IMG/VR virus record: IMGVR_UViG_2698536687_000001
Length of the DNA: 64,000 nt
DNA from: a virus
Taxonomy: Duplodnaviria > Heunggongvirae > Uroviricota > Caudoviricetes
Direction: 5' to 3' (one strand)
Numbering within the stretch: position 1 is the first letter of the stretch; every line of letters begins with the position of its first letter. The position numbers were made by a program, and so were the translations under genes. The notes beneath the pieces are model-generated. The model saw only the letters and a program-made list of their open reading frames with translations, was not told the DNA's origin and did not search any database. Shown piece after piece: positions 34,405 through 46,634 of the stretch.

Positions 34405-35889
34405 TCATTCATTAAGCCATGCCAGAGCTTCATCAACCTGCGCTTCGTCTTCGACGCTAAGCACTTCGTCCTGGGGAACATAATCCGCCAGCATAGCGAA
34501 ACAATATGTATCCCAATGGTCTGGTGAGTGCAGGTTGAGTTTTTTCTTCATATCCTCCTTACTCATCACCTTCCATTGACCTGCGGAGTTAATCCCTACA
34601 GGGATTTTCGACGCTTCCTCAATAGTTTCATTACCCTTATCCAGTCTCATACGACCAGATTTTACGGCCTCTGCGGCTTGAACGTTGGCATAAGCACGTT
34701 TATCAAAGTACAGGCTCTTATCTTCACGGCTATGCATCTTTTTACCCCAGCGTATACGCTGTACGGTAATACCATAATACTCGTACATCAGATCCGCCGT
34801 TGCTTTACCCAGGCCATCGCCGTCTATCGCTATGGTGATATTGGGGAATCGCTCAGGATTACATTCTGCGAAAATTTTGGCGGCAAGCTGCGTTTCTGTA
34901 ACGTCTGTGTATTCCAGCATTCGATAGTTGATTACACGGCGTTTATTTCGCTGGCCGGACACCATCATGATATTGATAACGGACTTATCCCGTCCCGTAC
35001 CACCAGCAACGTCCACACATGCAAGCCAGCCCCATCCTTTTGCAATCTTGACTTTCCGCCGCGTTGCACGTTCAACCTCATCACGTCCAAGAAGGAAGCC
35101 ATCCTGTGATTTAGGGAATAGGCCGCGTACCTTAATCATGTACATAGGGTTATCACGCCCGCCGTACTCCGCCAGCTTCATTTTGATAAATGCTGGCGTT
35201 ACCAACGGTGATTCCTCACTGTTAAGCGTGATCGCCGTATAAACGCCATCAGGGTTACCAGGACGCTTGGCCAGTTTATGGTGTGTATCGTAGAAATAGC
35301 CGCTTGGGCGTGTAGGCTGTGACAGCAATAAGATGCGGTTATCCTGTCCGGTAAGAGCACCGGTGATGATACCGAAAGCTCTATCACTGACACCGGAGGC
35401 TTCATCGATAATATACAGAAGATGATCTGCGTGTTCACCGGCGAGAGCTTCTTCACTTCCCAGACGAAAGCCCTTCGGTACTACAGTCCATACACCTTTA
35501 CCAGTAACCTCATAGAAAGCGGTTTCTGTCAGAACAAAATAATCAGCAAGCCATGGAAAACGGCTGGTGGCAGTAGCCCAGTTTATCTTGATGTACTTGA
35601 ATATACCGGTCATTACCTGCTGAATTTTGTTCGCAACGATAATGGCTCGGGCACCGGGATACATGATTATGAACAACATGATCATGATAGAAGTCATGTC
35701 TGATTTCCCGGTACCGTGACCAGACGAAACAGATGTCTTGCTACCCTGTTCCTGCACAGACTCAATAATCAGATCCTGCTGCCAGGTAGGTGTTTTGCCG
35801 AACAAAACATCAGCGGCCGCAATCCAGTCATAACGATATAGCGCCACCAGCTCGCGCCAACGTGGATCCGTTACGCAACTTCTGGCCAT
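34405..35889 (-). CDS. pacB: PacB, terminase large subunit
   Basis: 494 aa, terminase ATPase region; directly downstream of pacA. Confidence 0.85.
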   Translation of the reverse strand: MARSCVTDPRWRELVALYRYDWIAAADVLFGKTPTWQQDLIIESVQEQGSKTSVSSGHGTGKSDMTSIMIMLFIIMYPGARAIIVANKIQQVMTGIFKYIKINWATATSRFPWLADYFVLTETAFYEVTGKGVWTVVPKGFRLGSEEALAGEHADHLLYIIDEASGVSDRAFGIITGALTGQDNRILLLSQPTRPSGYFYDTHHKLAKRPGNPDGVYTAITLNSEESPLVTPAFIKMKLAEYGGRDNPMYMIKVRGLFPKSQDGFLLGRDEVERATRRKVKIAKGWGWLACVDVAGGTGRDKSVINIMMVSGQRNKRRVINYRMLEYTDVTETQLAAKIFAECNPERFPNITIAIDGDGLGKATADLMYEYYGITVQRIRWGKKMHSREDKSLYFDKRAYANVQAAEAVKSGRMRLDKGNETIEEASKIPVGINSAGQWKVMSKEDMKKKLNLHSPDHWDTYCFAMLADYVPQDEVLSVEDEAQVDEALAWLNE

Positions 35890-37082
35890 TAATCATCATC
35901 CCCGTATAGCTTGCGGGTAACTTCTTCGTCTTCCTCCTCGTCTTCGTCCAGGTCTTGTTCCAGCCATGGGTCGTTTGATACACCTTCAGTATCAACATCT
36001 CCATAACCGCCTGTATCAACGATATCGGCGATTTCTTCCCTACGCTGCTCAATCCACAATGCGGCATCGGCGCGGCGGTTGGCGGCCCGTTCTCGCGCAA
36101 CTTTGTCCAGATCTTCAAGAGAAGGGCCACCAACGGCTGTTTGCCTTTCCTCATCATCGGTATTGGTCTTAGGAGCACGCAGATCGGCTTTGATTTGCTC
36201 CAGCATCAGGGGCGGCACTTTCCCGCCATGCGCCTCGATGAATTCAGCTGCTTCCAGCACTGACCAGTTATTTTCACGCTTTCGTTCGTATGCCAGCTTA
36301 ACAATGCCAGCTTGCCCCATAGATAAAGCGTGCTTTTCCGCCTCCCGGCTTTCTTTTCGATAGTTATTCCGGATGCTGTAAATGGTGTTGATCAGGCTGC
36401 TTATCTGCGCGGAACAGCTGTTTAGCATGCTCGCGATACGGTATTCAGGCGGAGTACCTTCATCATCGTCTTTTTGCTGATCGCGCATTTCCTGCACCAG
36501 GCGAATACACGTATCCCTGGCGTTCTCCAGCATAAGGAGATGAGAAAGAGACTTTTCCAGAAGAGTGGTTTCCAGAACATCGGCCCCGGACCGACGCAAC
36601 ATAGCGCGCGCGGCCTTCCGCGCTTCAACGTTATCTATCAGGTAATCGCCAGCTTCGAATTCAAAGCGTTCACCATCATCATCCAGGGTGTCGCGTTCCA
36701 GGCGATCACGTAAGGTCCGGTGGGCGCGGGTGATCACGTCATGATCATCAGAACGATCATTTATGCGCTTATTTTGGCGCTTCGCATTCTCGACTGCGGC
36801 ACTGACAACGGCATTAACCCTTTGTTTTTCCGCTATTTCAGCCGCAATGTGATCACCTGCATGTTGATCATTAGAGTGATCAATGATCATGCTTTTTAGT
36901 GGCTTCCTGACTGGCTTATTTGGCTTGCGGCTGTCCGCTGTCCTGGTGTCTTCTTTGAAGGCACGGAGATAACGACGTGCAGTATTAGGGTTAAGATTAA
37001 ACTCGGCGGCATACTGTGCGATGGTGTAACCACCATCTCGCGCCAGGCGAGCAAAATTCTTCTTGTGATCGTCCCAGGTCAC
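35889..37082 (-). CDS. pacA: PacA, terminase small subunit containing the pac site
   Basis: 397 aa, acidic C-terminus; the pac hexamer clusters lie inside the coding sequence. Confidence 0.85.
   Translation of the reverse strand: MTWDDHKKNFARLARDGGYTIAQYAAEFNLNPNTARRYLRAFKEDTRTADSRKPNKPVRKPLKSMIIDHSNDQHAGDHIAAEIAEKQRVNAVVSAAVENAKRQNKRINDRSDDHDVITRAHRTLRDRLERDTLDDDGERFEFEAGDYLIDNVEARKAARAMLRRSGADVLETTLLEKSLSHLLMLENARDTCIRLVQEMRDQQKDDDEGTPPEYRIASMLNSCSAQISSLINTIYSIRNNYRKESREAEKHALSMGQAGIVKLAYERKRENNWSVLEAAEFIEAHGGKVPPLMLEQIKADLRAPKTNTDDEERQTAVGGPSLEDLDKVARERAANRRADAALWIEQRREEIADIVDTGGYGDVDTEGVSNDPWLEQDLDEDEEEDEEVTRKLYGDDD
36731..36890. other. pac: pac packaging site
   Basis: Three hexamers (TGATCA at 36731 and 36742, CGATCA at 36754) and four TGATCA (36850, 36865, 36878, 36885) about 90 bp apart, each with a GATC Dam site; matches the known P1 pac architecture. 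Confidence 0.7.
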
Positions 37083-37167
37083 TTATGCTTCCTTTCGTAA
37101 AAACTCTTTTTGACGCGAGGGTAACGAAAGTCACATGTCAAAAGGCCCGGAACGGGCAAGCAATCAA

Positions 37168-37590
37168 TCAGATACGTACGGATGTGGCATTACCGTAATG
37201 ACGGTGCTGACGGGCTACCTTATTGAAAAGTTGACGCGCCATTACCCAAGGCTGGTGTTCCCGGCGTTCCTTTTCGTCCTGCGTCATATAGAGTTCGTTC
37301 TGGAGTTTTTCATCAAACCGGCGCGGCGCGCGGCTGCGGCGAAAGAATTCAGGATTCAGAGAGTGGATCTGAAATCTACGTGGGCGTGTACTGTCATCAA
37401 TCAAAACAGACGAATACTTAGACACAGCGATAGCCTTTAAGCGCAGATAAACGTCGCGCTTATCGACATCCAGATGCGGGTATTCCTTTTCAAGGATTGC
37501 TGCGAGTTCTTTCGCTGATAGAAGAGATTTGGTGCGGATCATGTAATCCGCAATCTCATACGATGTTATTCGTAAGTGATTTATTTCCAT
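37168..37590 (-). CDS. lpa: Lpa, late promoter activator
   Basis: About 140 aa from MEINHLRITSYEIADYM (AGGGA RBS); the six-frame ORF begins 10 codons earlier at 37620. Confidence 0.7.
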   Translation of the reverse strand: MEINHLRITSYEIADYMIRTKSLLSAKELAAILEKEYPHLDVDKRDVYLRLKAIAVSKYSSVLIDDSTRPRRFQIHSLNPEFFRRSRAPRRFDEKLQNELYMTQDEKERREHQPWVMARQLFNKVARQHRHYGNATSVRI

Positions 37591-37690
37591 GAAGTGGCGT
37601 CCCTGCCAGTTAAGTAACATCCTGTCACCTACTGATTAGCCCATGTCAACTAATCAACGTGGAATATAATACCCTAGATTAAATAAATAG

Positions 37691-37707
37691 CAATACATTA
37701 GAGCAAT
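37691..37707 (-). promoter_or_regulatory. C1-operator-like site upstream of lpa
   Basis: CAATACATTAGAGCAAT, core conserved. Confidence 0.45.
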
Positions 37708-37708
37708 T

Positions 37709-38752
37709 TTATCTAACGTTCGACGAGTGACTTGTGATAGCGCCGACTCCAAGCGCGTAATCAAAGAACAATCGTTGATGCATCGCCAGCCTACCGTGCG
37801 TCTTCTCCCAATTATCGCGGTCACGCTCAATATCACGTTGGCATGACTGGCACAGAGGAATTGCGTAAATGTCATGCGCGCATAATCGACTATGACGAAC
37901 GATATAAGGCGTAATGTGAGCGCCAGCTCCCGCCGCTCCACACCCACAGCATGGACGGGAAGCAACAAAGTCCATGTACTCAGGTAATTTTAGCGATTGC
38001 AGTTTTGGGATTTTGAAATGCGCCATGCCAGGGTCGGAGTCAACATCCACAGGGCATACTTTTGCACGCATCGGCGCGGCGCGTTCTTCCATCATCTGAA
38101 CATATGCTGTAGCGCGATCGTCATACGGGCGAATATCCGCCTCTTTCAGAGGTCCGCTATCCTGCGTTGCGGCTTTCATCTTATTTATTGATATACGGCA
38201 AACTTCTTCCGGCATCAGGTGCATCATGTTGCGCATGAAAGCCCACCAGCACAGTTCCTGAATACTTAAATCATGGCCATCTGAAAGCCCCATTTCCTGA
38301 CGGGCGACATCCAGTATCCAGTTAACGCGATTATTATGCAGCGTTTCTTTCAGCTCATTAAAACCACGCATCCGGTAATGGTTATCGTGATGCCAGCACA
38401 ACAACACCGCGCTATTATCTCGTTCAGCGTGGACAATATGGTTGTCACACCAGCTACGATCTGCGGCCTGGCATCGCCCCTCTTTCCTGCGCAACCACGC
38501 CACCAGCGCGTCAATTCCACCAATACGACGAAACAGCTCATCGCTGTTAAAAAACGGCTGCAACGCCTCATTTGTTGCCATGGTTTGCTCGGAAACAACG
38601 AGGCCGTCGTCCATGTGCTCGATTAACTCACGCGGCACCGGCTCCATAATAAATTTACGGCCAGCCTCCACCAGCTTTCTGACTTCCTGATCCACTTTGA
38701 ATGTGGCGACGCCAAGCTCTTTTTGTACAAAGGGAGTAATAATGGCTTTCAC
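37709..38752 (-). CDS. pdcB: PdcB-like cysteine-rich protein
   Basis: 347 aa with C-terminal CCGCG...CQSCQ cluster; position as P1 pdcB. Confidence 0.5.
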   Translation of the reverse strand: MKAIITPFVQKELGVATFKVDQEVRKLVEAGRKFIMEPVPRELIEHMDDGLVVSEQTMATNEALQPFFNSDELFRRIGGIDALVAWLRRKEGRCQAADRSWCDNHIVHAERDNSAVLLCWHHDNHYRMRGFNELKETLHNNRVNWILDVARQEMGLSDGHDLSIQELCWWAFMRNMMHLMPEEVCRISINKMKAATQDSGPLKEADIRPYDDRATAYVQMMEERAAPMRAKVCPVDVDSDPGMAHFKIPKLQSLKLPEYMDFVASRPCCGCGAAGAGAHITPYIVRHSRLCAHDIYAIPLCQSCQRDIERDRDNWEKTHGRLAMHQRLFFDYALGVGAITSHSSNVR

Positions 38753-38779
38753 ATCACACCTTTCATCACTGATTGGGCT

Positions 38780-38959
38780 TTATCTGCTGCCCGGCATTCT
38801 CTGTTTAAGCACAACCATTTCCTGACGGCATAACACAGCAATAGCGGTCCTGGCACCAATTTGCTTACCAACCAGGTATTGCTTTACCTCGCGGCGACTC
38901 ACGCCATCAAGAAGCATCTTTAACGCTTCACGGGACAACTTGTTGTATTTACGTGCCAT
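38780..38959 (-). CDS. pdcA: PdcA-like small protein
   Basis: 59 aa from ATG 38959 (GGAG RBS, 4 nt after doc stop). Confidence 0.4.
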   Translation of the reverse strand: MARKYNKLSREALKMLLDGVSRREVKQYLVGKQIGARTAIAVLCRQEMVVLKQRMPGSR

Positions 38960-38963
38960 TAAT

Positions 38964-39344
38964 CTACTCCGCAGAACCATACAATCTACGTAACGTGTCG
39001 GCGACAGAAGATACAGATATCTCGCCAGTCGCAGCGCCTACAGTAAGGTCTGCCAGTTCAGGTGAATCAAATACCTGCACCCCGTTACGGCGTAGAAATA
39101 ACAGCGCACTGTTTAGCGCGGTACGCTTATTGGCATCATTGAATATATGCCCTCTCGCTGTAGCCACCAGGTAGGTGGCGGAGACTTCGAAAAGGTCGGT
39201 GATCTCTTCGTAGGCAACTCTGGCCTGAACTCTCCCGATAATGGCCTCTGCCCTACCCGGATCTGACATTCCCGGCAGGCCGCCGTAGCGGTTTATATTC
39301 GCATCATGAAGCGCAATAAGTTCTTCCGGTGATATATGCCTCAT
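38964..39344 (-). CDS. doc: Doc toxin (Fic-fold kinase)
   Basis: 126 aa [25 protein letters not shown]...[13 protein letters not shown], matching P1 Doc. Confidence 0.95.
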   Translation of the reverse strand: MRHISPEELIALHDANINRYGGLPGMSDPGRAEAIIGRVQARVAYEEITDLFEVSATYLVATARGHIFNDANKRTALNSALLFLRRNGVQVFDSPELADLTVGAATGEISVSSVADTLRRLYGSAE

Positions 39345-39565
39345 TATCGGTTAACCAGTTCCTTGTTGGTGGAGTCCAGGGTGTCAAACAGGGATGCAAA
39401 TTCAGCATCCAGCGCCGCTTTTTTGTAGGCTTCGAAAGTAGCCTTGCTGACAATTACTGCTGGCTCACGGCCTCTGCGGGTGATTTCAACCTCTTCCCCG
39501 GCCTCAACATTGTTGAGCACTTCAGAAAGGTTGCCGCGCGCGGTACGGAAGTTAATGGATTGCAT
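39344..39565 (-). CDS. phd: Phd antitoxin
   Basis: 73 aa [39 protein letters not shown], overlaps doc start. Confidence 0.9.
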   Translation of the reverse strand: MQSINFRTARGNLSEVLNNVEAGEEVEITRRGREPAVIVSKATFEAYKKAALDAEFASLFDTLDSTNKELVNR

Positions 39566-39569
39566 AAAT

Positions 39570-39600
39570 ACCTCGTGTACTCGTTATGTGTACACAATTA
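39570..39600 (-). promoter_or_regulatory. phd-doc promoter/operator palindromes
   Basis: GTGTAC (39575) and TGTGTACACA (39587) directly upstream of phd. Confidence 0.5.
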
Positions 39601-39741
39601 TAAACTTCACAGGCATAAAGCACCAGCACTTTGCGGCTTAACAAACCTCTAGGCAGGTCATTCGTAGCCTAATGTCCGAACTGCTAAAGCATCCAAGTTG
39701 CTGTAGAATCACCGCCAATTACATAAGCCTGAAATAAGTGG

Positions 39742-41304
39742 ATGAAAATGACAAGTATTCAACAACGTGCAGAGCTTCATCGTCAAATCTGGCAAATTGC
39801 TAACGATGTCAGGGGTTCGGTCGATGGATGGGATTTTAAGCAATACGTTCTGGGCGCACTTTTCTACCGTTTTATCAGCGAAAATTTTTCCAGTTATATT
39901 GAAGCCGGTGATGACAGTATCTGTTATGCGAAACTGGATGACAGCGTAATTACTGATGACATTAAAGACGATGCCATCAAAACTAAAGGCTACTTCATCT
40001 ACCCCAGTCAGCTTTTCTGCAACGTAGCTGCGAAAGCAAATACTAATGACAGACTGAATGCAGATTTAAACAGCATCTTCGTTGCTATCGAAAGTTCTGC
40101 TTACGGTTATCCTTCAGAAGCTGACATCAAAGGTTTGTTTGCTGATTTCGATACCACCAGTAACCGCCTGGGTAACACCGTTAAAGATAAAAATGCCCGC
40201 CTAGCTGCGGTTCTGAAAGGGGTTGAAGGGTTAAAACTTGGTGACTTCAACGAACATCAGATTGACCTGTTCGGTGATGCCTATGAGTTCCTGATCTCTA
40301 ACTATGCGGCAAATGCCGGTAAGTCAGGCGGCGAGTTCTTTACACCGCAGCACGTCTCTAAGCTGATTGCACAACTGGCTATGCACGGGCAGACCCACGT
40401 TAACAAAATCTACGACCCGGCAGCAGGCTCCGGTTCGCTGTTGTTGCAGGCTAAAAAACAGTTTGATGACCATATCATCGAAGAAGGTTTTTTTGGTCAG
40501 GAAATCAACCATACGACCTATAACCTGGCGCGTATGAACATGTTTTTGCACAACATCAACTACGACAAGTTTGATATCAAGCTGGGCAATACGCTGACTG
40601 AACCGCACTTCAGAGATGAAAAACCGTTTGATGCCATCGTTTCTAACCCGCCGTATTCGGTGAAATGGATTGGCAGCGATGACCCGACGCTGATTAACGA
40701 TGAACGTTTTGCCCCAGCTGGCGTTCTGGCCCCCAAATCCAAAGCTGACTTTGCGTTTGTATTACATGCGCTGAACTATCTTTCTGCCAAAGGTCGTGCT
40801 GCGATTGTTTGCTTCCCGGGTATTTTTTACCGTGGCGGTGCGGAGCAGAAAATCCGTCAGTATCTGGTCGACAATAACTATGTCGAAACCGTGATTTCAC
40901 TGGCACCGAATCTGTTCTTTGGCACCACCATTGCCGTCAATATTCTGGTGTTGTCTAAACATAAAACCGATACCAACGTTCAGTTTATTGACGCCAGCGA
41001 GCTATTCAAAAAAGAGACTAATAACAACATCCTGACTGATGCCCATATCGAACAGATTATGCAGGTATTTTCCAGCAAGGAAGATGTTGCTCATCTGGCA
41101 AAATCTGTCACGTTTGAGGCCGTTGTCGCTAATGACTATAACCTGTCGGTAAGCAGCTATGTGGAAGCGAAAGATAACCGCGAAATTATCGATATCGGTG
41201 AGCTGAATGCTGAGCTGAAAACCACGGTCAGCAAAATCGACCAGTTGCGTAAAGATATTGATGCGATTGTGGCTGAAATTGAAGGCTGCGAGGTGCAGAA
41301 ATGA
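39742..41304 (+). CDS. hsdM: Type I restriction-modification methyltransferase subunit (type IC, EcoR124-like)
   Basis: 520 aa, AdoMet motif [10 protein letters not shown] and NPPY catalytic motif. Confidence 0.95.
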   Translation: MKMTSIQQRAELHRQIWQIANDVRGSVDGWDFKQYVLGALFYRFISENFSSYIEAGDDSICYAKLDDSVITDDIKDDAIKTKGYFIYPSQLFCNVAAKANTNDRLNADLNSIFVAIESSAYGYPSEADIKGLFADFDTTSNRLGNTVKDKNARLAAVLKGVEGLKLGDFNEHQIDLFGDAYEFLISNYAANAGKSGGEFFTPQHVSKLIAQLAMHGQTHVNKIYDPAAGSGSLLLQAKKQFDDHIIEEGFFGQEINHTTYNLARMNMFLHNINYDKFDIKLGNTLTEPHFRDEKPFDAIVSNPPYSVKWIGSDDPTLINDERFAPAGVLAPKSKADFAFVLHALNYLSAKGRAAIVCFPGIFYRGGAEQKIRQYLVDNNYVETVISLAPNLFFGTTIAVNILVLSKHKTDTNVQFIDASELFKKETNNNILTDAHIEQIMQVFSSKEDVAHLAKSVTFEAVVANDYNLSVSSYVEAKDNREIIDIGELNAELKTTVSKIDQLRKDIDAIVAEIEGCEVQK

Positions 41305-42551
41305 GCGAGATGAGTTATCTGGAAAAATTGCTGGATGGGGTTGAGGTTGAATGGAAAGCAGTGGGCGATATCGCCGGGTATTCAACAACCAAAGTTGATG
41401 CTGATAAACTTGATGCCACTTCATTCGTTGGCGTTGATAATCTCCTTGCTGATAAAGGCGGTCGCATTGATGCCACCTATCAGCCTAATACGGCACGTTT
41501 AACTGCCTATGAGCCAGGTGATATTCTTTTAGGTAATATTCGCCCATATTTAAAGAAAGTTTGGATGGCGGAGAATAATGGCGGGTGCAGTGGTGATGTC
41601 CTTGCTATACGCATTTTAGCAGACTGTAAAAAAATTATTAGTCCAGAATATCTCTACTATGCATTATCGTCGGATTCATTTTTTTCTTACAGTATGCAGC
41701 ACGCTAAAGGGGCAAAGATGCCTCGAGGCAGTAAAGATGCAATTTTAAACTATCAAATACCCATCCCTTGTCCCAGCGCCCCGGGAAAATCCCTTGCCAT
41801 CCAGTCTGAAATCGTTCGGATTCTGGATAAATTTACTGCACTTACCGCTGAACTTACCGCTGAGCTTACCGCTGAGCTTAACATGCGTAAAAAACAGTAC
41901 AACTACTATCGCGACCAGTTGTTTAGTTTTAAAGAGAGTGAGGTTGAGTGGAAGACCTTAGGGGAAATTGGCCATTTTACCCGAGGTAAACGTTTTGTTA
42001 AAACAGATATGCTTTCTGAAGGTTATCCATGTATTCATTATGGAGAAATGTATACTTATTACAACGTATGGACAAATAAAACAAAGTCATTTGTTAGCCA
42101 TGAACTGGCAAGTAAATTAAGAGTTTCAGAGTATGGTGATGTGATAATTGTTGCTGCCGGGGAAACAATTGAAGATATAGGAAAAGGAACAGCTTGGTTG
42201 GGTAAATCAAATGTTGTTTTTCATGATGCTTGCTTTTCATACAGATGCTTACTAAACCCTAAATATATTGCATACTTTACTCGAACAAAAATATTCCATG
42301 ATCAAATAAAAAAACACATATCTTCAGGAAAGATATCAGCAATTAACGCAAATGGGTTATCCAAGGTAAAAATACCTATGCTTTCAGCGAAGGAACAAGC
42401 TCGCATTGTCGACATACTCGATAAATTCGACACCCTGACTAACTCTATCACTGAAGGTCTTCCGCGTGAAATCGAGTTGCGCCAGAAACAATACGAGTAC
42501 TATCGTGATTTACTGTTCAGTTTCCCAAAACCTGAAACTGTCAGTAATTAA
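41301..42551 (+). CDS. hsdS: Type I restriction-modification specificity subunit with central TAEL repeats
   Basis: 416 aa; two target-recognition domains around [46 protein letters not shown]; second domain visibly AT-rich; overlaps hsdM stop. Confidence 0.9.
   Translation: MSEMSYLEKLLDGVEVEWKAVGDIAGYSTTKVDADKLDATSFVGVDNLLADKGGRIDATYQPNTARLTAYEPGDILLGNIRPYLKKVWMAENNGGCSGDVLAIRILADCKKIISPEYLYYALSSDSFFSYSMQHAKGAKMPRGSKDAILNYQIPIPCPSAPGKSLAIQSEIVRILDKFTALTAELTAELTAELNMRKKQYNYYRDQLFSFKESEVEWKTLGEIGHFTRGKRFVKTDMLSEGYPCIHYGEMYTYYNVWTNKTKSFVSHELASKLRVSEYGDVIIVAAGETIEDIGKGTAWLGKSNVVFHDACFSYRCLLNPKYIAYFTRTKIFHDQIKKHISSGKISAINANGLSKVKIPMLSAKEQARIVDILDKFDTLTNSITEGLPREIELRQKQYEYYRDLLFSFPKPETVSN
41841..41876 (+). 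repeat. Three tandem 12-bp repeats (CTTACCGCTGAR) encoding LTAE x3 in the hsdS spacer
   Basis: CTTACCGCTGAA CTTACCGCTGAG CTTACCGCTGAG. Confidence 0.95.
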
Positions 42552-42672
42552 TTGACCATTGCTACCGACCGGGCCACCTTAACACCCGGTCAGTATATAG
42601 ACTATTTTTTACACGCTGGAAGTCACAATTACCGCCCTTCCGGCCCTTGCCAGACGGCACAAAGGATGCGCT

Positions 42673-45600
42673 ATGACTCATCAAACACACACCATTGCTG
42701 AATCTAATAACTTTATCGTTCTTGATAAGTACATCAAAGCTGAGCAAACAAGCGACAGCTACCAGAGCGAATCGGACCTGGAACGTGAACTGATTCAGGA
42801 CCTGCGAAATCAGGGCTATGAATTTATATCCGTAAAATCACAGTCGGCAATGCTGGCCAATGTTCGGGAACAGCTTCAGAACCTCAATGGTGTGGTGTTT
42901 AATGACAGCGAATGGAGGCGTTTCACGGAGCAGTATCTGGACAACCCGAGCGATGGCATTCTGGATAAGACCCGTAAAATCCATATCGACTATATTTGCG
43001 ACTTTATTTTTGATGACGAGCGTCTTGAGAATATCTATCTGATAGATAAAAAGAATCTCATGCGTAATAAGGTGCAGATTATCCAGCAGTTTGAACAGGC
43101 GGGTTCTCATGCTAACCGTTATGACGTCACGATCCTGGTTAATGGCTTACCACTGGTACAAATCGAACTGAAAAAGCGTGGTGTAGCGATTCGTGAGGCT
43201 TTCAACCAGATACATCGTTACAGTAAAGAGAGTTTTAACAGCGAAAATTCCCTGTTTAAGTATCTGCAGCTGTTCGTCATTTCCAACGGCACTGATACCC
43301 GTTATTTTGCCAACACCACAAAGCGCGATAAAAACAGTTTTGACTTCACCATGAACTGGGCTAAATCAGACAATACACTGATTAAAGACCTCAAAGACTT
43401 TACCGCTACCTTTTTCCAGAAACATACTCTGCTTAATGTTCTGGTGAACTACAGCGTTTTTGACAGCAGTCAGACACTACTGGTAATGCGACCGTACCAG
43501 ATTGCCGCCACCGAGCGCATTCTGTGGAAAATTAAGAGTTCCTTTACAGCGAAGAACTGGTCAAAACCGGAAAGCGGTGGGTATATCTGGCACACTACCG
43601 GTTCTGGTAAAACCCTCACCAGCTTTAAAGCCGCGCGTCTGGCAACAGAGCTGGACTTTATTGATAAAGTCTTCTTTGTGGTCGACAGGAAAGACCTCGA
43701 TTACCAGACCATGAAGGAATATCAGCGTTTTTCGCCAGACAGCGTCAACGGCTCGGAAAATACCGCAGGCCTTAAACGAAATCTGGATAAGGACGATAAC
43801 AAAATTATCGTCACTACTATTCAGAAACTTAATAACCTGATGAAAGCAGAAAGCGACCTGCCTGTATATAATCAGCAAGTGGTGTTTATATTTGATGAAT
43901 GCCACCGCAGCCAGTTTGGAGAAGCGCAGAAAAACCTGAAGAAGAAATTCAAACGCTATTATCAGTTTGGTTTTACCGGCACACCTATTTTCCCGGAAAA
44001 CGCCTTAGGCTCAGAAACGACCGCCAGCGTATTTGGTCGTGAATTGCATTCGTATGTAATTACCGATGCGATTCGTGATGAAAAAGTGCTCAAATTCAAG
44101 GTGGACTACAACGATGTGCGGCCACAGTTTAAGTCTTTAGAGACAGAAACTGACGAGAAAAAACTAAGTGCGGCTGAAAATCAGCAGGCGTTTCTTCATC
44201 CCATGCGTATTCAGGAAATCACGCAATATATCCTGAACAACTTCCGCCAGAAAACCCACCGTACCTTCCCAGGCTCCAAAGGCTTTAATGCCATGCTGGC
44301 AGTGAGCAGCGTGGATGCCGCGAAAGCCTATTACGCGACGTTTAAACGGTTACAAGAAGAAGCCGCTAATAAATCGGCTACCTATAAACCGCTGCGTATT
44401 GCGACAATCTTCTCCTTTGCCGCCAATGAAGAACAAAATGCCATTGGTGAAATTTCCGATGAAACTTTTGATACCAGCGCAATGGACAGCAGTGCTAAAG
44501 AGTTTCTGGACGCTGCAATTCGTGAATATAACAGCCATTTTAAAACTAACTTTAGCACCGACAGTAACGGTTTTCAGAACTACTATCGTGATTTAGCCCA
44601 GCGGGTTAAAAATCAGGATATCGATCTGCTAATTGTCGTGGGGATGTTTTTAACCGGCTTCGATGCTCCAACATTGAACACGCTATTCGTCGATAAAAAC
44701 TTGCGTTTTCACGGCCTGATGCAGGCATTTTCCCGCACCAACCGTATTTATGATGCAACTAAAACCTTCGGTAATATCGTCACTTTCCGGGATCTGGAAC
44801 GCTCAACTATTGATGCCATAACGCTGTTTGGTGACAAAAACACCAAAAATGTGGTGTTAGAAAAGAGTTATACAGAGTATATGGAAGGCTTTACTGATGC
44901 TGCTACAGGTGAAGCTAAACGCGGCTTCATGACAGTAGTTTCAGAACTGGAACAACGGTTCCCTGACCCTGCCAGTATTGAAAGTGAAAAAGAGAAGAAA
45001 GACTTCGTTAAACTGTTTGGCGAATACCTGCGTGCCGAGAACATCCTGCAAAACTATGATGAATTTGCCACGCTAAAAGCCCTGCAACAAATCGATCTTA
45101 GCGATCCTGTTGCGGTAGAAAAATTCAAAGCAGAACATTATGTGGATGATGAAAAGTTCGCTGAATTGCAAACAATTCGTCTCCCTGCTGATCGCAAGAT
45201 TCAGGATTATCGTTCTGCCTATAACGATATTCGCGACTGGCAGCGCCGTGAGAAAGAAGCTGAGAAAAAAGAGAAATCAACCACTGACTGGGATGACGTA
45301 GTTTTTGAGGTCGATTTGCTGAAGTCTCAGGAAATAAACCTGGATTATATCCTTGGACTGATTTTCGAACACAACAGACAAAATAAAGGCAAGGGCGAAA
45401 TGATCGAAGAGGTCAAACGCTTAATTCGTTCAAGCCTGGGGAACCGAGCGAAAGAGGGCCTGGTGGTCGATTTTATTCAGCAAACGAACCTGGATGATTT
45501 ACCAGATAAAGCCAGTATCATTGAGGCATTCTTTACGTTTGCTCAACGCGAACAGCAACGTGAAGCAGAAGCATTGATAAAAGAAGAAAATCTCAATGAA

Positions 45601-45789
45601 GAAGCAGCAAAACGCTATATTCGCACGTCTTTAAAACGCGAATACGCCACCGAAAATGGCACAGAATTAAACGAAACATTACCAAAACTTAGTCCATTGA
45701 ATCCGCAATATAAAACGAAAAAACAGGCAGTTTTCCAGAAAATCGTCTCGTTTATTGAGAAGTTTAAAGGCGTAGGCGGAAAAATATAG
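42673..45789 (+). CDS. hsdR: Type I restriction endonuclease subunit
   Basis: 1038 aa; helicase motif I (TGSGKT) and DEAH-type motif II (FDECH). Confidence 0.95.
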   Translation: MTHQTHTIAESNNFIVLDKYIKAEQTSDSYQSESDLERELIQDLRNQGYEFISVKSQSAMLANVREQLQNLNGVVFNDSEWRRFTEQYLDNPSDGILDKTRKIHIDYICDFIFDDERLENIYLIDKKNLMRNKVQIIQQFEQAGSHANRYDVTILVNGLPLVQIELKKRGVAIREAFNQIHRYSKESFNSENSLFKYLQLFVISNGTDTRYFANTTKRDKNSFDFTMNWAKSDNTLIKDLKDFTATFFQKHTLLNVLVNYSVFDSSQTLLVMRPYQIAATERILWKIKSSFTAKNWSKPESGGYIWHTTGSGKTLTSFKAARLATELDFIDKVFFVVDRKDLDYQTMKEYQRFSPDSVNGSENTAGLKRNLDKDDNKIIVTTIQKLNNLMKAESDLPVYNQQVVFIFDECHRSQFGEAQKNLKKKFKRYYQFGFTGTPIFPENALGSETTASVFGRELHSYVITDAIRDEKVLKFKVDYNDVRPQFKSLETETDEKKLSAAENQQAFLHPMRIQEITQYILNNFRQKTHRTFPGSKGFNAMLAVSSVDAAKAYYATFKRLQEEAANKSATYKPLRIATIFSFAANEEQNAIGEISDETFDTSAMDSSAKEFLDAAIREYNSHFKTNFSTDSNGFQNYYRDLAQRVKNQDIDLLIVVGMFLTGFDAPTLNTLFVDKNLRFHGLMQAFSRTNRIYDATKTFGNIVTFRDLERSTIDAITLFGDKNTKNVVLEKSYTEYMEGFTDAATGEAKRGFMTVVSELEQRFPDPASIESEKEKKDFVKLFGEYLRAENILQNYDEFATLKALQQIDLSDPVAVEKFKAEHYVDDEKFAELQTIRLPADRKIQDYRSAYNDIRDWQRREKEAEKKEKSTTDWDDVVFEVDLLKSQEINLDYILGLIFEHNRQNKGKGEMIEEVKRLIRSSLGNRAKEGLVVDFIQQTNLDDLPDKASIIEAFFTFAQREQQREAEALIKEENLNEEAAKRYIRTSLKREYATENGTELNETLPKLSPLNPQYKTKKQAVFQKIVSFIEKFKGVGGKI

Positions 45790-45868
45790 CCCAATTCGTG
45801 TTTTTCTTGCGGGTTCTTAATTAAACCCGCAAGAGACCGTGGGGTTCCAAATGGCTAATATACTCCCC

Positions 45869-45955
45869 TTACCCATGCGCGACGATGCCGCCAAAAGTGA
45901 TAGAGAACAGCCAGAAATAGATCGCGGTCATAATGATTTTGAATACCGTGTTCAT
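45869..45955 (-). CDS. Small hydrophobic peptide (28 aa)
   Basis: MNTVFKIIMTAIYFWLFSITFGGIVAHG; AGGAG 8 nt upstream of ATG; below the six-frame length cut-off. Confidence 0.35.
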   Translation of the reverse strand: MNTVFKIIMTAIYFWLFSITFGGIVAHG

Positions 45956-45984
45956 ATCTTCAGCTCCTGTGATTGATTGGATAT

Positions 45985-46016
45985 ATGCCGCGCCCCTTGC
46001 GGCATGTTTTTATTTT
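45985..46016 (+). terminator. Rho-independent terminator downstream of hsdR
   Basis: ATGCCGC-GCCCCTT-GCGGCAT hairpin followed by GTTTTTATTTT. Confidence 0.6.
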
Positions 46017-46039
46017 CACTTTCTCTGTTTTAAAAAACA

Positions 46040-46056
46040 AGATTTATTAGAGCAGC
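46040..46056 (-). promoter_or_regulatory. C1-operator-like site
   Basis: AGATTTATTAGAGCAGC, 14/17. Confidence 0.4.
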
Positions 46057-46562
46057 TATTGTTGATGGAGAAGCACGTTTTCATACTCCCTGACCATTAA
46101 CGTAAGTACGCCGTGACTCCTGAAAACACGCGCTACTTCAATCTTATCTTCCAGCGCGAACGCAATTTTACTTAGACCAATTTTCTTAAGGAGATTAATC
46201 TTTGCTGGACCATCATTTCTGTCATCGGTGGCAGGACGCATAGATAGCAAAGGCTCAGCCCCGTTTGTTACGTGCTTACGCAACCAGGCTCGTGTTTTAT
46301 CCCTGGCTATCTCACAGCGCCCGGTTACAAACCAGAGCGTGTAAATGCAGGACAACTGGCGCACCATATCAATAACTGGAGTTATGGGTGTATCGGTGTC
46401 ACAGGCGAGATTAAACTCGTTCCAGTCCTTTGTTAATGCACCTTTGCCTGGTGGCGGAAGCAAATGCAGCCTGTCTTCAGTTGCTTCTGATATTGTTCCA
46501 TCAATATCGACTACGACGATGTACGGACGTTCCAGGTGTGCCTGTTTGTTGAAAATACTCAA
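46056..46562 (-). CDS. pap: HAD-superfamily phosphatase (P1 Pap-like)
   Basis: 168 aa with VVDIDGT motif. Confidence 0.6.
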   Translation of the reverse strand: MSIFNKQAHLERPYIVVVDIDGTISEATEDRLHLLPPPGKGALTKDWNEFNLACDTDTPITPVIDMVRQLSCIYTLWFVTGRCEIARDKTRAWLRKHVTNGAEPLLSMRPATDDRNDGPAKINLLKKIGLSKIAFALEDKIEVARVFRSHGVLTLMVREYENVLLHQQ

Positions 46563-46634
46563 ATGCCCTCCTCATTGGACGAAAAAAATGCTGGTGGGCG
46601 CACTCCACCAGCATTAAAAGTGACACTGTAACTA

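Noticed and set aside
41841-41876. Short direct repeats as a possible CRISPR array
   Set aside because: Only three 12-bp units with no spacers, in frame inside hsdS and encoding the TAEL spacer repeats; no CRISPR array is present in the window.
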